Positions 1 through 8,436 are shown, counted from the stretch's first letter. The stretch: DNA of 64,000 bases from Candidatus Parcubacteria bacterium (GCA_046050355.1 JBJOPW010000002.1:43853-107852); one strand, 5' to 3'. Numbers and translations are program-made. The notes: generated by a model from the letters alone, not told the origin.

Positions 1-2
1 TT

Positions 3-383
3 TTGACTGTCGCGATAGTTATTGCCGCGATTATTTTTGGTAACTTTTTGTTTGCGATATTAGCGGGTCTATCCGGTGCTTCACTGGCTGTTGCCGCTTC
101 TCAACCGCCACGAATAATTCGCTATGGAGTAAGTGTTCGTGGGATTACAGAAGAAAATAGTACCTATCCATTTACGTCACTTAAAGCGTATAGTATTAAT
201 GAAGACGATCCTCGTGGGCCGCAGTTACTCGTTTTGTCTAACAAAAATTTTGCACCGATGATCGTGATGCCAATACCAGAAGAGTACATTGATGAAATTG
301 ATGATATCTTAGCCGAACGATTACCCGAAGAGGCGCTCGAAGAACCATTGTTCAATCGATTGCTCGAGTTGGCCGGCTTTTAG
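3..383 (+). CDS. Hypothetical protein, C-terminal fragment (gene starts upstream of the window).
   Basis: Open frame running from the window edge to a stop at 383. Hydrophobic N-terminal stretch and acidic C-terminus. No recognisable family. Confidence 0.35.
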   Translation: MTVAIVIAAIIFGNFLFAILAGLSGASLAVAASQPPRIIRYGVSVRGITEENSTYPFTSLKAYSINEDDPRGPQLLVLSNKNFAPMIVMPIPEEYIDEIDDILAERLPEEALEEPLFNRLLELAGF

Positions 384-440
384 TGCAACGTGACAAGTGA
401 AAAAGCTTGTGGTACTATGCCACGCACCAGTAATGGTAAT

Positions 441-512
441 GCTCTCATAGTTTAATGGATAGAATGCCGGTTTGCGGTACCTGCGATCCAGGTTCGATTC
501 CTGGTGAGAGCA
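441..512 (+). tRNA. tRNA, predicted anticodon GCG (Arg-type loop TTGCGGT). Isotype uncertain.
   Basis: 72-nt cloverleaf. Acceptor stem GCTCTCA/TGAGAGC. D-arm contains GG. T-arm CCAGG-TTCGATT-CCTGG. The anticodon stem CCGGT/ACCTG has one C-U mismatch. No CCA encoded. Confidence 0.7.
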
Positions 513-521
513 CAGCAGTAT

Positions 522-587
522 AACGAAAGACCATCCATGCGCACATGGGTGGTCTTTCGTTATAGCAAGCAATTAGTATTGCTTGCG
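522..587. terminator. Two consecutive hairpins downstream of the tRNA: a 12-bp stem at 522-561 and a 9-bp stem at 566-587.
   Basis: AACGAAAGACCA...TGGTCTTTCGTT and GCAAGCAAT..ATTGCTTGC inverted repeats. Confidence 0.45.
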
Positions 588-603
588 GACTGCTGTGCTG
601 ACC

Positions 604-710
604 GGAGCGATGTTTTCTGCTTGGCTAAAGCAGAAAACCGCGAGGTGGGGTCGAGAACACTTAGTAGATTGGGAACGAAGTGAACCAATATACTTAGTGA
701 TTCGTGACCA
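604..710 (+). repeat. Copy A of a ~108-nt tRNA-associated repeat element.
   Basis: Variable 5' hairpin (GTTTTCTGCTT..AAGCAGAAAAC) followed by a conserved ~75-nt core. The core contains the hairpin AGTAGATTGG[GAACGAAGTGAA]CCAATATACT. About 90% identical to copies at 5437-5545 (minus) and 15505-15612 (plus). Confidence 0.65.
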
Positions 711-793
711 CAAACGGTACGAAAAAGCGCACCCTTATGGGTGCCTTTTTCGTTCGTGCTTTCACAGCAAAGCCTCTCGAGGCTTTGCGTCAG

Positions 794-864
794 GAATCGA
801 AGCCCGATTGAGAGTAGATTATGAGCTTGTGAAATAATCTAGCCACGAGCGTGATCGATTCCTG
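794..864 (+). repeat. Distal part of the composite element at the first tRNA locus: inverted T-arm copy, conserved-loop-type hairpin, partial direct repeat of the tRNA 3' region.
   Basis: GGAATCGAAGCC (794-805) is the reverse complement of the tRNA T-arm region. Hairpin TAGATTA[tGAGCTTGTGAAAt]TAATCTA at 815-841. TCGATTCCTG (855-864) matches the tRNA T-arm/acceptor junction. Confidence 0.4.
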
Positions 865-965
865 TTGACTTTGAGGCGCATAGTATACTTCCCGTGTTAC
901 AATCGACATGTTACAAAATAAAGTATTGTATGATTAAAACCATATCATTAGAACGGTTCATTATT

Positions 966-1769
966 ATGAGTTTGCTAGCGGCTGGATTTTTGCTTCAGGC
1001 AGGTATTGCCGCTGCTGCCACAACTGGCACTTTGCTTCCCACGACTGACGGCATCAATGCCAGTTGGACCCCAAAAACTGGCACTACCCACTACACGATG
1101 GTGGATGAGACGGCTTGCAATGGCACCACTGATTATGTATCAGAAACTACTGTCGGGGAGCGCGATTCATATCAGGTATCATTGGCTTCTGTGCCAGCCA
1201 ACGCTGAGATTACGAGTATTGCTATTGTGCCGTGCGCCTCTCGCAATAGTTCGGGTGGTGGTTCGTCAGTAATGGACGTGTTTTATCGCTTCAATGGCGC
1301 ACAGAGTGCTGACCAAGGTGGCTATGCGCTCACTGGTACCACTCCAACAGCCCTTGCAACGACTACTTTTTCTGGTTTGAGCCTAATCAATGCTGCATCG
1401 AGCACCCTTGAAGTAGGAGCGGTTTATACTTCAGGTACTAAGGGTGCTCGCTTGAGTCGTTTGGCTACGGTCATTACTTATACTCCGGCGGTGACGATCC
1501 CAACTGCGCCAACCAACTTCTTTGCCTTGGCGACCTCAACCGGTACCACTACCGGTGTTTACGCTTTTTGGACTGACAATTCAACCAATGAACAAGGTTT
1601 TAAGCTTGAACGTAGTACTGATAACGTGAACTTTAGTCTCGTAACAACCACTACTGGTCGCACCTTCCTCGATACTCCGGTTGCGAGTGGTACTTACTAC
1701 TACCGAGTCTACGCATACAATACTGCTGGTAACTCTAGTTACGCTACAAGTACTGCCATCGTACCGTAA
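966..1769 (+). CDS. Secreted protein with a C-terminal fibronectin type III-like domain.
   Basis: Signal-peptide-like N-terminus (MSLLAAGFLLQAGIAAAA). Thr/Gly/Ser-rich. C-terminal FWTDNS...YYYRVYAYNTAGNS resembles Fn3. The long ORF from 894 was trimmed to the ATG at 966. Confidence 0.5.
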   Translation: MSLLAAGFLLQAGIAAAATTGTLLPTTDGINASWTPKTGTTHYTMVDETACNGTTDYVSETTVGERDSYQVSLASVPANAEITSIAIVPCASRNSSGGGSSVMDVFYRFNGAQSADQGGYALTGTTPTALATTTFSGLSLINAASSTLEVGAVYTSGTKGARLSRLATVITYTPAVTIPTAPTNFFALATSTGTTTGVYAFWTDNSTNEQGFKLERSTDNVNFSLVTTTTGRTFLDTPVASGTYYYRVYAYNTAGNSSYATSTAIVP

Positions 1770-1859
1770 GCGAGAACAATATCCAACAAAATGCCACGCC
1801 ACTGCGCGTGGCTTTTTGTTTTTGCCATTTCACCCTATCTCGCATACAATACGACACAT

Positions 1860-2240
1860 ATGCGACTCATGGGTATTGATTACGGCACTAAAAAAGTGGG
1901 GATTGCCTTTACGGATGAAAGTGGGAAGATGGCGTTCCCGCATGGAGTAATACCCAATACACCCAAATTGCTTGATGTTATCACTGGCCTCATTAACGAA
2001 AAACGAGTAGGAGCGGTAGTCATCGGTCACTCACTAGATAAAGAAGGGAAACCTAACACTGTTCAGGCAGCGGTCGAGTCCCTGATGCTTGACCTTACAC
2101 TAGCGACCGGACTCCCCATCCATCTTGAACCCGAACAGTACTCAACCCAAGCCGCCTTACAATTACAAGGGAGGACGGCCCAGACTGATGCTTCAGCAGC
2201 AGCCCTCATTCTTGATGGATACCTTACTCGTAAAAAATAA
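1860..2240 (+). CDS. ruvX: Holliday junction resolvase-like protein YqgF/RuvX.
   Basis: MRLMGIDYGTKKVGIAFTDE N-terminal motif typical of the RuvX/YqgF RNase H-like family. Start chosen at the in-frame ATG at 1860. Confidence 0.8.
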   Translation: MRLMGIDYGTKKVGIAFTDESGKMAFPHGVIPNTPKLLDVITGLINEKRVGAVVIGHSLDKEGKPNTVQAAVESLMLDLTLATGLPIHLEPEQYSTQAALQLQGRTAQTDASAAALILDGYLTRKK

Positions 2241-2250
2241 TCAAACAATT

Positions 2251-2583
2251 ATGGAACAAATCACGTATGAAGATTTTGCTAAATTACATATTGGTATTGG
2301 TACAATACTGACTGTTGAAATTGTTGAGGGGGCAGATAAATTATTGAAACTCGCCGTGGAAGTAGGCGAGGAGAAACCACGACAGATTCTATCTGGTATC
2401 AGGGAATATTTTGCAGACCCGCAAGTACTGGTGGGGAAGCAATTTCCGTTTGTGCTTAATCTGGCTCCCCGGGTGATTCGGGGGTTTGAGAGTCAGGGCA
2501 TGATACTGGCGGCTAGTTATGAAGACGCATTGGCACTTCTAGCGCCGACAATCACCGTAGCACCTGGTACCAAAGTGAAATAG
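2251..2583 (+). CDS. tRNA-binding protein (Trbp111/CsaA-like OB-fold, EMAP domain).
   Basis: 110 aa. GIGTILTVEIVEGADKLLKLAVEVGEE...QILSGIREYF...GKQFPFVLNLAPRVIRGFESQGMILAA matches the tRNA-binding domain. Start at MEQITYEDF. Confidence 0.75.
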   Translation: MEQITYEDFAKLHIGIGTILTVEIVEGADKLLKLAVEVGEEKPRQILSGIREYFADPQVLVGKQFPFVLNLAPRVIRGFESQGMILAASYEDALALLAPTITVAPGTKVK

Positions 2584-2687
2584 GTGTGGGTTCCGGCAGC
2601 GAATTAGACAAAGCACAACGTATAATACAAGTAATGTCTTTTAGTTCGTTGCTTGCGCAGTATTTGCCACCGCCACAGTTCCTTAAA

Positions 2688-3728
2688 ATGCCAAGTTTAG
2701 GGGTTGATATTTCTGATACATCTCTTAAGTACATTCAATTTGGTGAGGGAAAGAAAAACATGCGCCCGCTCGTAACCTGGGGAGAGATTGATATTCCAAG
2801 TGGCATACTTGAACGAGGCTATGTGCATGATCAAAAAAAGCTGACCGATGTCTTAAAAGAATGTAAGGCTAAAACCGACGCTACATTTGTACGGGTATCA
2901 TTGCCTGAAGAGCGTGCCTATTTGTTTGAAACCGAAATAAAGCGATCAACACCAACTAAAGAAATTCGTAGCCTACTCGAATTTAGGTTGGAAGAAAATG
3001 TTCCGATTCCTGCCCGTGACGCTTTCTTTGATTTTGATATTTTAGCGGGAGAGACTAATGATAAAACTATACAAGTAGTAGTCGCCGCATATGCCCGCGA
3101 GACCATTCTTAATTATTTTGACGCCTGCAATGAAGCGGGTCTCGTGCCCATTGCCTTTGAAGTAGAAGCGCAGGCGATGGTGCGATCGGTACTACCGACT
3201 GGTATGCGAGGGGCGCATATGCTGGTAGATTTTGGAAAGACCCGGACCGGGGTTGGTATCGTGCTTGATGGAAAGTTGATGTACACCTCAACCATTGATT
3301 TTGGCGGCAATCAATTATCCGAAGTGCTCCGGAAAGTTCATGGACAAATCACAGAAGGAGAACTGACAACCATTAAAAATACTCAAGGGCTCATTAAGGG
3401 GGTACATGACACGAGAAGTTATGACGCGCTCATCTCAACCATGTCGGTGATTAAAGACGAACTCGCTTCGCGGATACAATATTGGCACAGTAGTGAAAAT
3501 AAAACCGAGTCACGTCGTATCCAATCAGTCATACTGTGCGGTGGCAGTTCTAATCTAAAGGGGTTGCCAGAGTATTTTACCGAGACACTTGGTGTACCAA
3601 CCTCACGGGCGAGTGTGTGGCAAAATGCATTTTCAGTACATAATTATATTCCACCTATTAGTATTCGCCATTCCTACGGCTATGCCACTGCTATTGGACT
3701 GGCATTACCACCCGATACTTCACTATGA
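2688..3728 (+). CDS. pilM: Type IV pilus assembly ATPase-like protein PilM.
   Basis: Actin-like fold pattern (GVDISDTSLKYIQ..., LVDFGKTRTGVGIV). First gene of a pilM-N-O-like operon with 4-nt overlaps. Start trimmed to MPSLGVD. Confidence 0.7.
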   Translation: MPSLGVDISDTSLKYIQFGEGKKNMRPLVTWGEIDIPSGILERGYVHDQKKLTDVLKECKAKTDATFVRVSLPEERAYLFETEIKRSTPTKEIRSLLEFRLEENVPIPARDAFFDFDILAGETNDKTIQVVVAAYARETILNYFDACNEAGLVPIAFEVEAQAMVRSVLPTGMRGAHMLVDFGKTRTGVGIVLDGKLMYTSTIDFGGNQLSEVLRKVHGQITEGELTTIKNTQGLIKGVHDTRSYDALISTMSVIKDELASRIQYWHSSENKTESRRIQSVILCGGSSNLKGLPEYFTETLGVPTSRASVWQNAFSVHNYIPPISIRHSYGYATAIGLALPPDTSL

Positions 3729-4261
3729 CCAATCTTATTCCCCCTAGTGCTGAAAAGCTTGTTATTAAAGAGTACTGGCTCCGGGTGGTGGCAGTCTGGT
3801 TATTTTTATTTGGAACTGGCTGTTTGATTGTAGCGAGTCTCCATCTGCCGACTTACGTATTGGTACGTAACGAGTTGACTGACTTGCGACAGCAGGTAGC
3901 AAATAATGCAGCCGAAACAGCCAGTATTGATACCAGCTCAGCCGCCATACAAGTAGCCATGACCGATGCCACTTTACTGCTAACGATGGGCACTAGCAGT
4001 GGTCAACATGTAGCAACAATTGAAGCGCTGACTACTATTGCCGGCAGTGATGTAGCACTGTCTTCGTTCTCACTCACGGTCAATGAAAAAAGTACCCAAA
4101 TAACTATCACTGGTACCGCACGAACTCGTACCGCTTTGGCGAATTTTCGTGACGCAATAGAAGCCGATGATCGATTTACTGATGCTATATTGCCAATATC
4201 CAGCTTAATTAAAGATCGCAACATTGACTTTACTATGACAGTAACAAGTAATAACCTATGA
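3725..4261 (+). CDS. pilN: PilN-like type IV pilus assembly protein.
   Basis: N-terminal NLIPP motif, single TM, then a periplasmic domain. Overlaps pilM by 4 nt (ATGA). Confidence 0.5.
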   Translation: MTNLIPPSAEKLVIKEYWLRVVAVWLFLFGTGCLIVASLHLPTYVLVRNELTDLRQQVANNAAETASIDTSSAAIQVAMTDATLLLTMGTSSGQHVATIEALTTIAGSDVALSSFSLTVNEKSTQITITGTARTRTALANFRDAIEADDRFTDAILPISSLIKDRNIDFTMTVTSNNL

Positions 4262-4767
4262 CCAAAAAGACTGTCACCACCCTTGGCATTGCTACCCTCT
4301 ACTTTGCGGTAGTATTGTCCGTGTTGATCTACGCGTATGTGTCAGTCCATTCACAAAAGGCTGATGCCCTGGCTTTAGCAACGACACTGGCTGAGCAGAC
4401 GAGCAAACAATCAATTGCTCGTTCTCTAGCTGCTACCTTTGATGCAACGATCGATGTACGCACTGAGATTGCCTCTTATTTTCTTGAGGAAAAAGAAACA
4501 ATCACCTTCATTGCTGAAATCGAGGCGTTAGCTCAGGCCCTAGGTGTCAGTATTGAACCGACGGCACTGGATTTTGTTACAACCGAATCAGGAAGGCGAG
4601 AGCTCAAAACCGGTTTCGCGGTTAAAGGTACTCGTACGGCCGTCTTACAATTCATGAAGGCAATTGAAACAATCCCGTACCATAGTCGGATTGCATCGCT
4701 GCAGGTGGTGGGGAATGATAATGAATGGAGCGGGCAGGTTGATCTTTTTGTTACAATAAAACCATGA
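4258..4767 (+). CDS. pilO: PilO-like type IV pilus assembly protein.
   Basis: Single N-terminal TM and about 140-aa periplasmic domain. Translationally coupled to pilN and the downstream ORF. Confidence 0.45.
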   Translation: MTKKTVTTLGIATLYFAVVLSVLIYAYVSVHSQKADALALATTLAEQTSKQSIARSLAATFDATIDVRTEIASYFLEEKETITFIAEIEALAQALGVSIEPTALDFVTTESGRRELKTGFAVKGTRTAVLQFMKAIETIPYHSRIASLQVVGNDNEWSGQVDLFVTIKP

Positions 4768-5222
4768 TAGACCAAGCAAAATTACAAACAATCATCACCC
4801 GCCTCGTACGGTCATCCTCGGTTGTTGAGCGACCAGCGATGAGTCCGGCTCGTGAATGGTTCACCGGTATCCTCATTACAATTTGTTTTGTATGTGTTGG
4901 TGGAGTAGTGAGTTATTGGTTATATCTTAATACCGTATCGGTAGAAGCGGAGGTGCAGGATAGTATAACCGCTACTTCATACAAAGGCGCCTTAGTCGAA
5001 GAGGCGGTTATGCGTTTTCGTGCCCGGGGCGCTGCTTACGAGCAGATTCGCGCCCGACAAAACGATCTGCAGCCAGTTGAGGCAATGGCGCCGGTGCCAC
5101 CAGTAACGACTGAGTCACCAATTACTGAGGTTCCTGCGGACCTTACGCCAGAACCACAGATACCAACGGTGGAGCCTGCAGAAGAAGCGACAGAGGAGTC
5201 TGCACCAACGTTGAGTTTTTAG
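4764..5222 (+). CDS. Membrane-anchored protein with a Pro/Glu/Thr-rich C-terminus (possible pilus-associated PilP-like component).
   Basis: Coupled to pilO by a 4-nt overlap. One TM. Low-complexity acidic C-terminal tail. Confidence 0.35.
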   Translation: MIDQAKLQTIITRLVRSSSVVERPAMSPAREWFTGILITICFVCVGGVVSYWLYLNTVSVEAEVQDSITATSYKGALVEEAVMRFRARGAAYEQIRARQNDLQPVEAMAPVPPVTTESPITEVPADLTPEPQIPTVEPAEEATEESAPTLSF

Positions 5223-5276
5223 TCGAAGTCACCGCACTAAACCACATCACTGTTGTGATGTGGTTTAGTGAATTTA

Positions 5277-5420
5277 CTCTGCCCCGGCTTGGAATCGTCC
5301 TGACGGTCACCAAGCTAGATTGTTTCGCTTTTGCTCACAATCTAGCAGGTGCCGCGGGACACGGCTCGCTGGCCCTAAAGGGGACCCCAGCTCCGCCGTT
5401 CGATTCCAAGCCGTGCCTAC
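5277..5420 (-). repeat. Structured tRNA-Arg 3'-end-derived segment: inverted and direct copies of the tRNA 3' end closing a multi-hairpin region that includes a conserved-loop hairpin.
   Basis: 5277-5297 is a 21/21 direct repeat of 5631-5651 (tRNA-Arg 3' end plus 4-nt trailer). 5399-5410 is its inverted complement (12-bp closing stem). Internal hairpin CTAGATTGT[GAGCAAAAGCGAA]ACAATCTAG. Confidence 0.5.
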
Positions 5421-5436
5421 AAATGTTAAATAATTT

Positions 5437-5545
5437 GGTCACGAATCACTAAGTATATTGATTCACTCCGTTCTCAATCTACTAAATGTTCGCGACCCCG
5501 TCTCGCGGTTTTCTGCTTTGGTCAAGCAGAAAACATCGCTGCGAC
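5437..5545 (-). repeat. Copy B of the ~108-nt tRNA-associated repeat element.
   Basis: Reverse complement aligns to copy A, including the GTTTTCTGCTT..AAGCAGAAAAC hairpin and the core ending GATTCGTGACCA. Core hairpin AGTAGATTGA[GAACGGAGTGAA]TCAATATACT. Confidence 0.65.
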
Positions 5546-5587
5546 TCAGAGAGAAGTCGAAAGCAATATTAATTGCTTTCTAAACCA

Positions 5588-5626
5588 AACAAAAGCGCTC
5601 GTTTTGAGCGCTTTTGTTTGGTTTTC
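5588..5626. terminator. Strong hairpin (14-bp stem) immediately downstream of tRNA-Arg(TCT).
   Basis: AAACAAAAGCGCTC-GTTTT-GAGCGCTTTTGTTT with flanking T/A runs. Confidence 0.55.
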
Positions 5627-5633
5627 TTCTCTC

Positions 5634-5705
5634 TGCCCCGGCTTGGAATCGAACCAAGAATAACGGCTTAGAAGTCCGCAGTTATATCCATTTAACTACC
5701 GGGAC
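5634..5705 (-). tRNA. tRNA-Arg (anticodon TCT).
   Basis: Reverse complement folds as a cloverleaf. Acceptor GTCCCGG/CCGGGGC, D-stem GTTA/TAAC with GG in the loop, anticodon loop CTTCTAA, T-arm CTTGG-TTCGATT-CCAAG. No CCA encoded. Confidence 0.8.
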
Positions 5706-5799
5706 GCACCCCATCTAACGATGAGGTGAAGACAGCATAGCAAAAAAATGGTGAGCCGGAAACTTCGTGAATCGCGCAGTGTTTTGTATACTACAAATT

Positions 5800-6537
5800 A
5801 TGCAAGACCGACCGACTATCCTTTTGGTGCAATTCAGACAAACTCCTGCCGCTGATCTCCTCGAACGCCAGAGTGTTGAACGTGAAGTTTCTCTCTTTGC
5901 GACGGTAAAAACTATATGTGGGGTTACCGGCAATGTACTCGAAGCGATACAGGGTGCTGATGGTGTGATACTCGGCGGTTCGGGAGACTATGATTTTGAT
6001 GGAGCGAGATCGCCCGATGATCCAGTACGGGCACGTACCGAAAATCTGTTTCGGTCACTTAGTCCAACGCTCGATTACTTATTTACTATCGATAAGCCAC
6101 TTCTTGGGATTTGTTTTGGACACCAGCTCATGGGTGCCTTTCGGGGTGCCAATGTCTATCACGACACTAACCAGAGCAAATTAAAGACGCATACCGTGAC
6201 GCTCCACGATGAAGGACGGAACCACCGCCTGTTTGCAAATATGCCAGTAACTTTTGATGCACAGTATGGACACAAGGATGTGCTCGCACATATTCCGACG
6301 GGTGCGACTTTGCTTGCGCATGGTGGTGAATCCTGTCGGGTGTCAGCGCTCGCGTATAGTGACAATATTATCTCGACACAATTCCATCCCGAATTATCGC
6401 TCGCTGATATGTATGACCGGGTGGCACATATTCCGCACTATTTACCAGAAGGTACAACCGTTGATGACGTGTTTTTTGATACGCCACACGCGCGGACGAT
6501 TTTGCATAATTTTGCGAAGGTGGTGGTAGCGGGGTAG
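5800..6537 (+). CDS. Class I glutamine amidotransferase-like protein.
   Basis: GICFGHQLM (catalytic Cys elbow) and TQFHPE motifs of the GATase1 family. Start trimmed to the ATG at 5800. Confidence 0.7.
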   Translation: MQDRPTILLVQFRQTPAADLLERQSVEREVSLFATVKTICGVTGNVLEAIQGADGVILGGSGDYDFDGARSPDDPVRARTENLFRSLSPTLDYLFTIDKPLLGICFGHQLMGAFRGANVYHDTNQSKLKTHTVTLHDEGRNHRLFANMPVTFDAQYGHKDVLAHIPTGATLLAHGGESCRVSALAYSDNIISTQFHPELSLADMYDRVAHIPHYLPEGTTVDDVFFDTPHARTILHNFAKVVVAG

Positions 6538-6754
6538 GGGCGGGGACTCGGTCACTCTCGTGGCTATATTAGTTCACAAGTTCATAATCTATGGACTCTT
6601 CAGGACTCGACCCAGAATCACGGTTCTTTTATTCAATACATTGAATAAAAGAAGCTCGTGTTCTTGGTCGGCGACTCCTCGTAATTTCTCTTGGTCAGAG
6701 AAATTACATCGTCCGTCGCTTCGAGTCCCTCACGGAAGCAAAACTATTTGCTTC

Positions 6755-7006
6755 CTATCGCCCACAAACAAAAAGAACCACTCCTGCGGTTCTTTTTGTT
6801 TGTGGCCATGACCGCGACAGAGATCGAACTATCACTGAGTTCCTCAAGAAGTTCGACAAGACGTCCGCCGATGCGTAAAGGCCTTGAAACTTCTGTAATG
6901 TGGCCATGATCGTGACACGGATCGAACTATCAGCGAGTTTCTGAATAAATTCGACAAGCCATCTGTCAGGGAATAAAGACCCTAAGACTTCTGTAAGGCG
7001 GCCCAC
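6755..7006 (-). pseudogene. Fused, frame-shifted tandem copies of a small-gene 3' end (shares the C-terminal peptide ...LQKxQGLYxSAxxLSNFxRNSVIVRSLSRS with 7976-8185).
   Basis: The ORF reads through two tandem ~100-bp DNA repeat units. The stop codon present in the 7976 copy (TGA) is TGG here, and unit 2 is frame-shifted. Confidence 0.3.
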
Positions 7007-7022
7007 ATCGACACATTTCTCG
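6764..7022 (+). repeat. 16-bp-stem hairpin (6764-6803) followed by two tandem ~100-bp repeat units (6803-6900, 6901-~7022). A third unit lies at 7973-8098.
   Basis: Units begin TGG(C/T)CATGA(C/T)CG(C/T)GACA..GATCGAAC and contain GTAAAG.CC.T.A.ACTTCTGTAA. Units 1 and 2 are directly adjacent with no spacer. Confidence 0.6.
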
Positions 7023-7678
7023 AACTTGGGCTCCCAACGACCTTCTAAGGTCGATCATTGAAAGGCTGGCGTCGCGTAAGTTGCCCCAGCAGGCTCGCGA
7101 CAATCATTGCGAGGCCTCCTTGCACTCATTCGATGCCGGCAACAATGGGTCGAAGAGCCTTGACATGCGGCAACGGACTGTTCCACCCTTAGACAGCACT
7201 CAATGAGAGGTTGAATCGACTCGCGCCGAAGTCCTGTTTCGGGTTCACAAAATGCTTCCAACTGTTACTGGTTCCATGCTCGGGATCGGAAGATATCTTA
7301 GTCACAGCGACAACCTAAGTACTTGATTTTATTGAGTTTTCCGCCTTTTTCCTTGCATTTGCCGCTGAGGTATGGGAAGATACTTGGGCGATAGGCTCGA
7401 GGCTGACCCGTCGCGGTGAAAGGTGCTGCAACACCAATCACATGTCCCACAAGGACGGCGCCCCAACCACAACCTGGTTGGGGCTTTCCTTTTATGTTGA
7501 CACGATGTCGTGGTCACATCCACCATGTTCCCATCAGGTTCGAGAATCGGGATGCAGCCCGCGAGCCTGACAGGGTCAGCCTCGGCCCTGCACTTTGTGG
7601 CGCGAATGCCGCTTATCGGCCCGGTGGCTGAGTTTGTACGCGCATTGGAGTGCAGGGCTTCTAGATTGGAGCCTACCC

Positions 7679-7864
7679 ATGTCGAAACATGGTATCATCG
7701 CCGATGTGCTCTTCGGAGCGATTGAAACCACCCTTGCGCCAGTCGTTGCTGTCGTCGAGGGAGTAACCGGTGAGGTCAGCAAGGAAGCCAGCGATGGTGT
7801 GCTTCGGGCAATTGTTGATCCGACCGATATCGCGATCAACGGCCTGATCAATATCACGAGGTAA
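7679..7864 (+). CDS. Small hypothetical protein (61 aa).
   Basis: ATG with GGAG 9 nt upstream. ORF is followed immediately by an 8-bp GC hairpin (CTCCGGCG..CGCCGGAG). Lies in the GC-elevated segment. Weak support. Confidence 0.25.
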   Translation: MSKHGIIADVLFGAIETTLAPVVAVVEGVTGEVSKEASDGVLRAIVDPTDIAINGLINITR

Positions 7865-7930
7865 CATCTCACTAACTCCGGCGGGATCTAGGTCTCGCCG
7901 GAGCCTAATAAATGTGTTTCTGATAGAAGA

Positions 7931-8098
7931 CAAGGGGAGTTGCGCAGTCCGCAACTCCCCTTGTCTTTACAGTGGTCATGACCGCGACAAGGATCGAACG
8001 ATCACGGAGTTCCTGAAGAAATTCGACAAGCCTCCCGCCGAAGAGTAAAGACCCTGAGACTTCTGTAAGGTGACCCAGAACGACACACTTCTCGAACC
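7931..8098 (+). repeat. Perfect 14-bp-stem hairpin (7931-7965) followed by repeat unit 3.
   Basis: CAAGGGGAGTTGCG-cagtcc-GCAACTCCCCTTG, then TGGTCATGACCGCGACAAGGATCGAAC... homologous to units at 6803-7022. Confidence 0.6.
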
Positions 8099-8185
8099 AT
8101 AAAAACGGTGCTCGAAAAATTGCAACATGTCGGTGGAAGAGACGCTAGACTTCGAAAACTCGAAAACTGAGTCTCTTGGTGGCAA
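7976..8185 (-). CDS. Small hypothetical protein (69 aa) ending in the repeated C-terminal peptide, followed by a terminator hairpin.
   Basis: Intact ORF whose last ~30 codons lie in repeat unit 3. TGA stop, then the 14-bp hairpin on the minus strand. Confidence 0.3.
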   Translation of the reverse strand: MPPRDSVFEFSKSSVSSTDMLQFFEHRFYGSRSVSFWVTLQKSQGLYSSAGGLSNFFRNSVIVRSLSRS

Positions 8186-8436
8186 TAGCAGAGACAGGGG
8201 TCAAAGCATCACGGAATTCTCGAGTAATCCACAATTCTTCTGGCTAAGAGTAAACTCTCTGAGATATCGGTACTGCGACCTTGACCGAGAAGGGTAGAAA
8301 GGAGAAAGCTATGACGTGAACTTACAGTGATCTAGACGCACAGCCCGACACGTTGGAGTTCAAATTGAAGTCAAGGTTCGGCAAGCATGCTCACAGTGAC
8401 AGTCTGTTCATTAGGGACGGAACCTGATGAACGCCA

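Noticed and set aside
583-837. 84-aa ORF immediately downstream of the first tRNA.
   Set aside because: It lies exactly across repeat copy A and its hairpins. The same DNA occurs in inverted orientation elsewhere, so it is not a conserved reading frame.
5277-5420. Possible tmRNA (ssrA) or SRP RNA, because of tRNA-like 3' end sequence (GGACGATTCCAAGCCGGGGCA) and a GGAATCGAAC stretch near the 5' side.
   Set aside because: Only ~145 nt, far too short for tmRNA. No tag-peptide ORF or resume codon. No SRP domain IV GGAA tetraloop / AGCA internal-loop motif. The tRNA-like parts are explained better as inverted and direct copies of the adjacent tRNA-Arg 3' end.
6803-7022. Tandem ~100-bp repeats considered as a possible CRISPR array.
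   Set aside because: Units are directly abutting with no unique spacers, are ~100 bp (much longer than CRISPR repeats), and are not palindromic. They instead carry a conserved reading frame and a terminator. No cas genes nearby.
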